Assembly (NCBI GenBank): GCA_035686985.1
Contig: DASRYX010000402.1
Location: forward strand, 1 to 37,557
Direction: 5' to 3'
DNA length: 37,557 bases
Source of the DNA: Planctomycetaceae bacterium
GTDB taxonomy: Bacteria; Planctomycetota; Planctomycetia; Planctomycetales; Planctomycetaceae
A program made the translations under genes and the position numbers. Positions 25,098-34,530 of this stretch are shown here, in pieces. The notes under the pieces were generated by a model that made no database searches, was not told the origin of the DNA, and saw nothing but the letters and a program-made list of their open reading frames with translations. Each line of letters opens with the position of its first letter. The first letter of the stretch is position 1.

Positions 25098-26578
25098 TGA
25101 GAATCAACGGAGTTCGTCTGCTGCCAGCGTTAGTCATATGGATCGCAATCGCGTCGTGTTCATCCGCCGACGATGAGCCGTTTCTCACGCCGATCGAGTT
25201 CACACCGTATGCGGTGGCGATCCGCGTCGATTTGCCTGGCGACGATGCGCAGGGAGTGATCGACACCGCAAAGTTCAACACGGAACTTCAGACCGCGGTG
25301 GCACGATTCGCGGGACAGCGTTGGGATATCGATCAGACCATCGGCGCGAATCATCGGTGGGCGCGCGCTTCGGCGTGGCGCTCACTGACGAAGGAAAGCT
25401 TGCCAATTGAACTCGACGCGGTGCAGCGCGAGTTCGTGTACCTGATCCGCATGCAGTGGCAGACGGATTCGCTCCGCGCAGAAGTGCGCTTGTGGGAACC
25501 ACTGCTGAAATCGCTCAGCCCCCTGAGAACCGTAACAGCGCGGGATCCGCGCGCACTGCCGGAATTGATCGCTGTCGCGGTATGGGATCTGTTCCGTCCG
25601 CGCGGTCACTGGCAGAAGATCGATGACGGACAAGCCCGGCTCACCGTCCAGGCGGGCGGACTCGGGCTCGAGGCGGGATTACCGCCGCTGGTTCAGCCCG
25701 GCGAAATCTTCGCCCCGTGGATTGTCATGCGCAAACGGGATCAGTCGGTGGAGCGAATCGTTCCGCAGCCGTGGACGTACTTCATTGCCGAGACGCTCAC
25801 GGAGGGCCGCGGAACGGCGCGGATTGTCAGCGGGATTCGGAATCCGCTGGGACTCAAGCCGCGGGGGCGTGTCGAATTTCTCGCCGTCGCAGCCCGGAGT
25901 TCGTGGCCGGAAACAGAGTTCACGTTCCGCCGCCAATCGTCGCCGCCGGAAGTCCTCGCGGCGCATGAAGTCCAGTGGCATCGCGACGAGTTCCCGCTCG
26001 ATGAAGAGCATCCGCCCGAACTGCAGCGGCAACTCACCGACCGGTTCGGCCGCGTCACCTTGAAGCGCGACGCCGAGTCGCGGCTCCAATGGTTGAGCAT
26101 CAGCAGCGGCAGTCAGCTGCTGGCGCGTCTGCCGGTGGTCCCCGGTGAAGAATCTCACCGCGAGGTGATGTTGCCGGACGACAGCCTGCGGCTGCAGGTC
26201 GAAGGCCAGTTGCAGCTGGTTCAAAGCGATCTGCTGTCGTTCGTCGCGACCCGGACAGCATTGATGGCCATCGCGCGTGCATCCGCCAAGAAGGCCGATT
26301 GGGCGACTGTGGATAGTCGGCTGAAACATCTCGATGCCTTACCGACGCCGCAGAGTTTTCTCGATCGCGTGACGGCGATCCGCGTCACCGCCGTCAATCG
26401 AGCCCGCGAGCGCCGGGACCGCACTTCGGAACAGCGCATTCTCCGCATGACCGACGACACGGCGGAGCTCGTCAAACGCTATCTCACCGACGAAAAGATC
26501 GTGCTGCTCAAAGAGGAACTGGCAGAACTGCGCAAAGCGGATCGTGATGAACCGGAAGCGGGGAAACCGAAATTGTAA
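25097..26578 (+). CDS. Lipoprotein-like exported hypothetical protein, 493 aa
   Basis: The ATG at 25097 shares its A with the upstream TGA (TGATG). MRINGVRLLPALVIWIAIASCSSADD has a lipobox-like IASC. The ORF-track extension back to 24746 overlaps the previous gene and is discounted. C-terminus is coiled-coil/charged. Confidence 0.55.
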   Translation: MRINGVRLLPALVIWIAIASCSSADDEPFLTPIEFTPYAVAIRVDLPGDDAQGVIDTAKFNTELQTAVARFAGQRWDIDQTIGANHRWARASAWRSLTKESLPIELDAVQREFVYLIRMQWQTDSLRAEVRLWEPLLKSLSPLRTVTARDPRALPELIAVAVWDLFRPRGHWQKIDDGQARLTVQAGGLGLEAGLPPLVQPGEIFAPWIVMRKRDQSVERIVPQPWTYFIAETLTEGRGTARIVSGIRNPLGLKPRGRVEFLAVAARSSWPETEFTFRRQSSPPEVLAAHEVQWHRDEFPLDEEHPPELQRQLTDRFGRVTLKRDAESRLQWLSISSGSQLLARLPVVPGEESHREVMLPDDSLRLQVEGQLQLVQSDLLSFVATRTALMAIARASAKKADWATVDSRLKHLDALPTPQSFLDRVTAIRVTAVNRARERRDRTSEQRILRMTDDTAELVKRYLTDEKIVLLKEELAELRKADRDEPEAGKPKL

Positions 26579-26583
26579 ACGCC

Positions 26584-27228
26584 GTGGACAGACTAACGTT
26601 GATGATGCGCCGCGGTGTCACGGCGCTGTTGCTGATCGGGTTCTTTGCGTCGGTTTTGCCGGCGGGAAAATTCAATCGTCAACTCAGCGTCGGTGATGCC
26701 GCCCCCGCATGGGAAGGCTTGCGCGGCGTCGACGGCCAGCTCTACAGTCTCGCAGCTTGGAAAGACGTCCCGGCGGTTGTAGTCGTGTTCTTTGCGAACC
26801 GTTGCCCTGTCGCCGAAGCCTACGAACAACGGCTGCTGCAACTCACGGCGGACTTCCGTGACCGGGGCGTGCGCGTGATCGCCGTCTCGGTCAGTCATCA
26901 CGCCAGTGATCGCTTCGAAAAGATGCAGCAGCGCGCTCATGAACGCCGCTGGACGGTGCCCTACGTGCAGGATCTGACGCAGGACATCGCCAGAAAGTAC
27001 GGCGCGACGACTACCTCGCAGGTCTTCCTGTTGAACGCCGAACGCAAAATTGCCTACATGGGGGCAATCGATGACCAGTGGAAGGATGCAGCGAAGGTCG
27101 AAACGCCTTACCTGCGCGACGCGCTGACCGCCGTTCTGGCCGGTAAGCCCGTGGACATTGCTGAGACCCGCCCGCTCGGCTGCGAGATTGAATATCTCGA
27201 TGCGAAAAAAGCCCGCGCGGACGAGTGA
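26584..27228 (+). CDS. Thioredoxin-fold (AhpC/TSA-redoxin family) protein with an N-terminal anchor and a single-Cys motif
   Basis: GTG 26584, or more likely ATG 26602/26605. TM/signal VTALLLIGFFASVL. VVVFFANRCPVAEAYEQRLL...GVRVIAVSVS...VPYVQDLTQDIARKYGATTTSQVFLLNAERKIAYMGAIDD matches the thioredoxin-family subgroup with an N-x-C-P-x-x motif. Confidence 0.75.
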   Translation: MDRLTLMMRRGVTALLLIGFFASVLPAGKFNRQLSVGDAAPAWEGLRGVDGQLYSLAAWKDVPAVVVVFFANRCPVAEAYEQRLLQLTADFRDRGVRVIAVSVSHHASDRFEKMQQRAHERRWTVPYVQDLTQDIARKYGATTTSQVFLLNAERKIAYMGAIDDQWKDAAKVETPYLRDALTAVLAGKPVDIAETRPLGCEIEYLDAKKARADE

Positions 27229-28050
27229 TCAGACCCGCAGTCCCGCCGCTTGCATCAACCGATCGGTGGCCGTGTACGCTTCCCGCACCCAGGCTTCGAT
27301 CTGACTCGGTTCGGGCGAATACTCCAGTTCGATCGAGATCGCACCGTCGATCTGCAGCACGGCAATCTCGTGGAGATATGGCGCGAAATTGACGACCCCG
27401 CGACCAGGCGGCAGGTCCCCGTGAACTTTGCCGTCGCAATCGGAAATATGGACGTGAATCGCGCGGCCCTTCAATCGCCGCAAGTCCTCCGGAGCGACGT
27501 TGGCCAGACAGAGGTGGGAAACATCGATGTTCGCCGCGACCGCGGGGTGCGCCACGTCATCCAGGAAACGCACCATGTTGTCGACGTTATTGAGCAGCGA
27601 CAGCGCAAACGGTTCAAGCTCGAGCGCGATCTGCAGCCCGAGTTCCGCGGCATAGTCGCCGAGACGACGGCAGCTTTCCACCGCCAGTCGCCACTGATGT
27701 GCCGGCGGAATTACTTCGCGATTCCAGATGTACTCGCCGAGCACCAGCAGCAGATTTCGCCCGCCGAATTCGTACACCATGTCGAGGTACTGCGCACAGC
27801 GGTCGATATGGAACCGCTGCACGCTGGGATTGAAGTCGATCAGTCCCGTGGCGACGCAGCAGACCGAGACGATTGGCAGTTGCAGCCGCTCGCATTCCCG
27901 GCGGATCAGCTGCCGTTCCTGAACCGAGATCTCAAGCGGGTCGGCGAAGATATCGACGGTATCGAAACCGAGGTCCTTCGTCTTCGCCAGGCCCCACGCG
28001 GTTTCCCGACCGGCTTGCGCCCACGCGGAATTGATCAATCCCAGCTGCAT
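27229..28050 (-). CDS. Sugar phosphate isomerase/epimerase (xylose-isomerase-like TIM barrel)
   Basis: 273 aa. MQLGLINSAWAQ...AKTKDLGFDTVDIFADP...LALELEP...HVHISDCDG are typical AP-endonuclease-2/xylose-isomerase-like barrel motifs. Confidence 0.8.
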   Translation of the reverse strand: MQLGLINSAWAQAGRETAWGLAKTKDLGFDTVDIFADPLEISVQERQLIRRECERLQLPIVSVCCVATGLIDFNPSVQRFHIDRCAQYLDMVYEFGGRNLLLVLGEYIWNREVIPPAHQWRLAVESCRRLGDYAAELGLQIALELEPFALSLLNNVDNMVRFLDDVAHPAVAANIDVSHLCLANVAPEDLRRLKGRAIHVHISDCDGKVHGDLPPGRGVVNFAPYLHEIAVLQIDGAISIELEYSPEPSQIEAWVREAYTATDRLMQAAGLRV

Positions 28051-28060
28051 CGGTGCGGTC

Positions 28061-28972
28061 CTACTCCAGCGGCAGGAAAATCAGCGTCCCGGCGAGCATG
28101 TCGGGAACGATGAGCTGCTGGTTCTTGCCGTCGTAGAAGAAGTCGGCGGCGGATTTCAGCCCGTCGATCAGCACCTTGGATTCCTTGGTTTTGCGATCGA
28201 TCTTCACCACTTTGCCTTCGATCCAGCTCGAGGCAAAGAAGTGATCCTTGGTGACGGTCAGGCCGTCGATGCCGCGCGGCCCGTTCGCCACGGTCTGGTA
28301 CTTCCCGTCGTTGTAGCGGACGATCTCGCCGGTGAAGAAGTCGCCGACGAACAGACGTTCCTGCTCTTTCGTGCCGCCGACGGCGACGCCGTTCGGGAAC
28401 CGGATCAACGGATTGCCCGACGGCACGGCGAGGCTGACCTTGCCCTCGAGCGTGATCTTGTAAACGCAGCCTTTATTCGGCAGGGCTTTGGCTTCGGCAC
28501 TATCGAGACCGAACAGCTTGCGCTCCCCGCTGGGGTCGAACATCGGCGTCGGCGTGCTCATTTCGGAAACATAGACGCACTCGCCATCTTTCCCCGGAGC
28601 AACGTCATTCAGGAATTCGATCGGGGCGGGAAAGTCTTTCGCTTCGGCGAGCTTGGTCGCATTGCCTTTCGCATCCACCTTCCAGACGGTCGTTTCGTCG
28701 GCGGTGATGAGATGCTGGCCCACGAAGACGAGGCCTTTGGGCGCATTGAAGCCTTTCGCGAAGACGCTGACTTCTTCGCCGTCGACGGCCACGATCGTTC
28801 CATCACCGGGCTCATCGCCGTTGATCATCGTGACGTAGAGCTTGCCGCCGAAGCCGCGGCAGACGCTTTCGGGGCTCGTGCCCACTTTCACCGACTTGTG
28901 TTCCGCGGCGAAGAGCGTTCCTGTAACACAGAGCAGCGAGGCCAACAGCAACCACGAACGAAGCATGCGCAT
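28061..28972 (-). CDS. Secreted six-bladed beta-propeller protein (SMP-30/gluconolactonase/LRE-like or NHL-like)
   Basis: Start taken at the ATG at 28972-28970, preceded by AGGAG, giving signal peptide MRMLRSWLLLASLLCVTGTLFAAE. Propeller-like repeats (PKGLVFVG..., IRFPNGVAVGG..., GIDGLTV...). The ORF-track start at 29035 would add a non-signal extension. Confidence 0.55.
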   Translation of the reverse strand: MRMLRSWLLLASLLCVTGTLFAAEHKSVKVGTSPESVCRGFGGKLYVTMINGDEPGDGTIVAVDGEEVSVFAKGFNAPKGLVFVGQHLITADETTVWKVDAKGNATKLAEAKDFPAPIEFLNDVAPGKDGECVYVSEMSTPTPMFDPSGERKLFGLDSAEAKALPNKGCVYKITLEGKVSLAVPSGNPLIRFPNGVAVGGTKEQERLFVGDFFTGEIVRYNDGKYQTVANGPRGIDGLTVTKDHFFASSWIEGKVVKIDRKTKESKVLIDGLKSAADFFYDGKNQQLIVPDMLAGTLIFLPLE

Positions 28973-29040
28973 CTCCTGAAGAAAGGTTCGCCGCCACGGT
29001 AGCAGTCGCGTTCGGGCTTCACAAGCGAATGTCACGGGGC

Positions 29041-30612
29041 TTACTCGGCCTCATCCGCGAGGGGCAAGCTGCCGCCGATGGCACAGAGAAACTGCTCGGC
29101 GGCGCTGCGGGGATCAGTGGCCGAACAGATGCCGCTGGAGAGGGCGACGCGGTGCGCACCGGCGATCATCACGTCATCGAGATTCTCCAACCCGATTCCG
29201 CCGATGGCAAACCACGGCAGCGCGATCTCTCGTGCGACTTCATTCACGAATGCCAGACCGGGGAAGTCATCGAACGCCTTGGTTCTCGTGGGAAAGGTCG
29301 GACCGACACCGAGATAGTCGGCTCCGTCGAGCACCGCAACCCGAGCCTGTTGGATTGAGTGCGTGGAGACTCCGATCAGACGCTGCGGGCCGACAATCAC
29401 CCGCGCATCGGCGACCGAGCATTCATCCTGTCCGATGTGCACGCCGTCGGCATCGACCATCGCGGCGATGTCGGGTCGATCATTTACGATGAGCAGCGCG
29501 TCCCGTTCGCGCGTCCACCGGCGGACATCCCGGCAATGCGCGATCAACTGGCGGTCCGTCATCTCTTTTTCGCGCACCTGAATCATGCGGACGCCGGCGG
29601 AGAGGGCTTCGTGAATCACACGCCCGGCGCCGACGGGACAGAGCGCATCGGTCACCAGCAGATAGATGCCCTGATCGCGAAGACGGGATCGATTCGCCTG
29701 TGTCCGCAACACCGCTTTTTCGAGGGTGTAAGCGCGATAGCGCTGCGATTCAAAACGCCGGCCGAGTTCGCCATCCACGATTTTGCCGTACTCTTCGAGT
29801 GACCGCAGCGCCTCCTGCAGCCGTTTGAACGCGGCGGTGAGGACAGCCGTAATCCCGGCACGCTGGTATTCGGCAACTGTCGCGACGTTCGTGCCGACAT
29901 CGCCCTGAGTATCCCGGGCGGCGAGCAGACCGTTTTCCGGTAAGATCGATAACCCTTCGGCGAGCGCATGCCGGATCTGCTTCAGCTCGCGGGTCAGGAA
30001 CTCGTCGTTCAGCACGAAGCGCGCATAATCTTCAATCACCCGCAAAGCTTCCCGCGCGCGGTTGGCGGCAGCGTCGAGTAAACGCCACAGGATCATTGAT
30101 GGCGGGGGCTCACTCGCCGGGAGTTCAACGTCGACGCCTTCGGGGATCGTGATCGGCGAGTCATCCAGATACAGCGGTGTCTCGGGGATCAGCGCCGTCG
30201 GCGTGAGTCCGTGCGTTGCGAGGATGTCGGTCGCCGACGAGGCAATGTGCACGAGACTCCAGAGGAGATGGTCTGTTCCGACTTGAGGGATGCCCGCGAG
30301 CCGCAGCGCGTGGGCCTGGGCTTCGTGCAGCAGCGTCGACGCATCCCGGCTCCACGGGATCAGCGTGGAAAAGGCCGCGATGTCTTCCGGCCATGCGTGT
30401 GATGTCGGCGCGATCTGTTCACGCACGTAATGTGGCGAAACGCCCTGTGCGGAGAGGCGACCGGCGGCACGACCTTCATCAAGCAGCAGCGCCGCGAGCA
30501 GATGCAGGGCATCCACCTCAACGGACTGCGTCCAATTTGCCAGCCGCGCGGCTCGCTCGACGGCACGCCGCGCACCGTCAGTCCATTCTTCAAGGGCGAG
30601 TTCGTCTAGCAT
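29041..30612 (-). CDS. thiE: Thiamine-phosphate synthase (ThiE) fused to an N-terminal Clp_N repeat domain and a helical middle domain, 523 aa
   Basis: C-terminal approximately 210 aa is canonical ThiE (IYLLVTDA...IQVREKE...LIVNDRPDIA...DGVHIGQDE...IGVSTHS...ADYLGVGPTFPTRTK...WFAIGGI). N-terminus has two Clp_N-like repeats (VEVDALHLLAALLLDEG...; VGTDHLLWSLVH...). Confidence 0.85.
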   Translation of the reverse strand: MLDELALEEWTDGARRAVERAARLANWTQSVEVDALHLLAALLLDEGRAAGRLSAQGVSPHYVREQIAPTSHAWPEDIAAFSTLIPWSRDASTLLHEAQAHALRLAGIPQVGTDHLLWSLVHIASSATDILATHGLTPTALIPETPLYLDDSPITIPEGVDVELPASEPPPSMILWRLLDAAANRAREALRVIEDYARFVLNDEFLTRELKQIRHALAEGLSILPENGLLAARDTQGDVGTNVATVAEYQRAGITAVLTAAFKRLQEALRSLEEYGKIVDGELGRRFESQRYRAYTLEKAVLRTQANRSRLRDQGIYLLVTDALCPVGAGRVIHEALSAGVRMIQVREKEMTDRQLIAHCRDVRRWTRERDALLIVNDRPDIAAMVDADGVHIGQDECSVADARVIVGPQRLIGVSTHSIQQARVAVLDGADYLGVGPTFPTRTKAFDDFPGLAFVNEVAREIALPWFAIGGIGLENLDDVMIAGAHRVALSSGICSATDPRSAAEQFLCAIGGSLPLADEAE

Positions 30613-30639
30613 CAGCGCGTCCGTCGACCGGATCGTGGA

Positions 30640-31443
30640 TCATTCGAAGTAGCGGACCGCGTTCTGGAAAATGCGGAGTCCGTCGCCTTCCGCCGAGATC
30701 GCGCGGCGGGTCCATTGCGGATGCTGCGTGCCGAACAGGAAGCGTTCGGGGTGCGGCATCAGTCCCAGGACCCGTCCCGTCGGATCGCCCAGACCGGCGA
30801 GATCGGCGACGGAACCGTTCGGGTTCGCGGGCCAGGCCGGTCCGTAACCGTTCGAGGAACGACTCCACGGAATATACCGCAGCGCGGTCTGACCGCGCTC
30901 TTCCCACCGGGCGACAACCGACGGATCGCGGGCGACGAGCCGGCCTTCGGCGTGAGCCATCGGCATGTCGATTTCATCAATACCGCGCAGGAACACATTC
31001 TTCGTGCTGCCGACCTTGAGTCGCACCCAGCGGGCGTTGTAGCGGCCGTTCTCGTTCCAGGTGAGCGTCGCGGTCGGAGCCGAACGGACTCCGGCGGGCC
31101 AGCTTTCCGCACCGTCGGGCAGGACCCCCGCTTTCACCAGCACCTGGAAACCGTTGCAGATTCCGAGGACAAGTTTGTCTGCGGTGAGGAACTGGGCAAT
31201 CACGTCGGCGAGATGCGCCCGCAACTGGCTGGCAAAGACAACGCCACTGCCGAGATCGTCGCCGTAGCTGAAGCCGCCGGGCACGCAGAGAATCTGCATG
31301 TCGTTCAACAGCGCCGGTTGTTCGAGCAGGCGGAAGAGATGCAGCACTTCGGCCTGTCCGCCCGCCATCTGAAACGCGTGAGCGGTTTCCGGGTCGCAGT
31401 TGGTTCCAGGGGCCCGCAAGACACAGACACGAGGGCTCGGCAT
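30640..31443 (-). CDS. purQ: Phosphoribosylformylglycinamidine synthase subunit PurQ (glutaminase)
   Basis: RVCVLRAPGTNCD...LCVPGGFSYGDDLGSG...LGICNGFQVL...MPMAHAEGR is the class-I glutamine amidotransferase triad context typical of PurQ. The ATG at 31443 is preferred over the TTG at 31449. Confidence 0.9.
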   Translation of the reverse strand: MPSPRVCVLRAPGTNCDPETAHAFQMAGGQAEVLHLFRLLEQPALLNDMQILCVPGGFSYGDDLGSGVVFASQLRAHLADVIAQFLTADKLVLGICNGFQVLVKAGVLPDGAESWPAGVRSAPTATLTWNENGRYNARWVRLKVGSTKNVFLRGIDEIDMPMAHAEGRLVARDPSVVARWEERGQTALRYIPWSRSSNGYGPAWPANPNGSVADLAGLGDPTGRVLGLMPHPERFLFGTQHPQWTRRAISAEGDGLRIFQNAVRYFE

Positions 31444-31824
31444 TCTCAATCCAGCTCAGCAACAGGGGAATGGGACTGCGATTCATCCTATCAGAACCGC
31501 AAAGTTTCCCCAAGAATCGACGTGGTCGACCGCGGAACTCGCCCCCGGTGCCGCTCCGGCGACCTCCGGCGCACGGTCTGTTGCCGATTCGCAACACGTC
31601 GAGCGTCAGAATCGTCAGGACCGCGACAACCTTCAATAGGTATTTCCACCGTTAAAGCTGGCGGAATCCCACCAGCGGTGCGCGACAGGGCGAAGTTTCG
31701 TCCGACGTCGCCGCCGAGTCCGGAGCAATCGTTTTGACTGACGTAGGCTTAAGGTGGTGAGTCAAGTCGCCGAACGGCGGATTTCACCGTCGGTGTTCCT
31801 GCATCCGTTGTAGAACCGCGAATC

Positions 31825-32955
31825 ATGACCACGACCGATATGTTCATCGATATCGCGCAGGTGTTCGCCGAGGATCCGACCGCTCCCGGTTGGGTGCTCG
31901 CCGGTTGCCTCAGCAGCGATGCGCCCTTCACCCACGTGCCGCTTACACGGTTTCCCTTCGTGGTGGGACGCGATCCCGCTTGCGATCTCCAGGTGATGTC
32001 GCGGAACGTTTCCAAGCGGCACGCGGAGATCCTGCACACCACGCATATGGCTCTGGTGCGTGACCTCGGCAGCACGAATGGCACCTTCGTCAACGGGAAC
32101 CGCATTCACGCGCCGACGCCCGTGGGCGAGTATGACCTGATCCAGTTCGCCGATATTGAAATGCGTCTTTGCCGCGAAACTCACGAAGTTTCCGAGAAGA
32201 CGTATGAAGCCGAGTCGCCGGAGCAATTCTGGGAGATCTCGCGGATCTGCAAGGTTCTCAATGAGGGCCAGATCGGCATCGCCTTTCAACCGATCATCAC
32301 CGGTCCGGGACGCCGGACATACGGCTATGAAGCCCTCGTCCGTGCAGAAGTGCCGGGGCTGGAATCGCCTATCGCGCTGTTCGCCTCGGCGACGAAACTC
32401 GGTGTCGAAAAACGTCTCAGCGATCTCTGCCGGGTTGTGGCCCTGCGAACCATTGAAGACTCCGGGGTTCCTGGAACGCTGTTCCTGAACACCCACCCGA
32501 ACGAACCGCTTGACGAAACCATGATCGAGTCGATGCGGGCCCTTCGCGCGGAAAGCGAATGGCGGCCGCTGGTGCTGGAAGTGCATGAGAAGGCCGTCGG
32601 CGAAATCAATGCCTTCTGTCAGTTCAAGAAAGAACTGCACCGATTGGGGATTCTGCTCGCCTTCGACGATTTTGGCGTCGGTCAATCCCGTCTGCTGGAA
32701 CTCGCGAAAGTCCGCCCCGACTTCATCAAATTCGATCGCGAACTGGTGAAGGATCTGGGATCGCCGTCCGCGACACAGTCCGGGATCGTGTCCAGCCTGC
32801 ATAAACACGCGGTCTCGCTCGGGATCGCGACCCTTGCCGAGGGTCTGGAAACGCCGGAATCGATCGCGGCGTGCGATGCCATCGGCTTCGACTATTATCA
32901 GGGCTACGCCTTCGGCCGCCCGCAGAAGATCGCCCACTTCACCGGCCCGGTGTAA
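31825..32955 (+). CDS. FHA domain - EAL domain protein (predicted c-di-GMP phosphodiesterase)
   Basis: Canonical FHA (FVVGRDPACDLQV...VSKRHAEI...DLGSTNGTFVNG). EAL domain has all catalytic motifs (YEALVR, LNTHP N, LEVHE, DDFGVGQS, IKFD, AEGLET, QGYAFGRP). Confidence 0.9.
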   Translation: MTTTDMFIDIAQVFAEDPTAPGWVLAGCLSSDAPFTHVPLTRFPFVVGRDPACDLQVMSRNVSKRHAEILHTTHMALVRDLGSTNGTFVNGNRIHAPTPVGEYDLIQFADIEMRLCRETHEVSEKTYEAESPEQFWEISRICKVLNEGQIGIAFQPIITGPGRRTYGYEALVRAEVPGLESPIALFASATKLGVEKRLSDLCRVVALRTIEDSGVPGTLFLNTHPNEPLDETMIESMRALRAESEWRPLVLEVHEKAVGEINAFCQFKKELHRLGILLAFDDFGVGQSRLLELAKVRPDFIKFDRELVKDLGSPSATQSGIVSSLHKHAVSLGIATLAEGLETPESIAACDAIGFDYYQGYAFGRPQKIAHFTGPV

Positions 32956-32974
32956 CCCGATGTGAATCCTGTGA

Positions 32975-34453
<1,479 letters not shown>

Positions 34454-34490
34454 CCTCGTCGATACCGCTTTGCGGTTTTGCGCTCCGTGC

Positions 34491-34530
34491 AAAAAGAGCC
34501 CCCAGTGATATCACATCACCGGGGGCTTTT
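34491..34530. terminator. Bidirectional rho-independent terminator between convergent eno and the sulfatase gene
   Basis: AAAAAGA - GCCCCCAGTGAT (34498-34509) - loop ATCAC - ATCACCGGGGGC (34515-34526, 1 mismatch) - TTTTC. The A-tract upstream and T-tract downstream allow termination in both directions. Confidence 0.75.

Noticed and set aside
15613-27228. Calling the operon a canonical type VII secretion system because of the WXG100-like gene and an FHA-containing membrane protein.
   Set aside because: There is no FtsK/SpoIIIE-type EssC/EccC ATPase and no EssB/EccB, EccD or mycosin-like components. The FHA-like domain is attached to a TPR/propeller protein rather than an ATPase. It is therefore reported only as an unassigned module.
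31460-31560. c-di-GMP riboswitch (GEMM-I) upstream of the EAL gene, or a ZTP/pfl riboswitch upstream of purQ.
   Set aside because: Only a CGCAAAG heptamer resembles the GEMM-I ACGCAAAGCC core. No flanking P1/P2 pairing or GNRA/receptor arrangement could be drawn, and the site is over 300 nt from the EAL start. The reverse complement lacks the ZTP GGGUCGUGACUGGCG / CCGCCUGGGC boxes.
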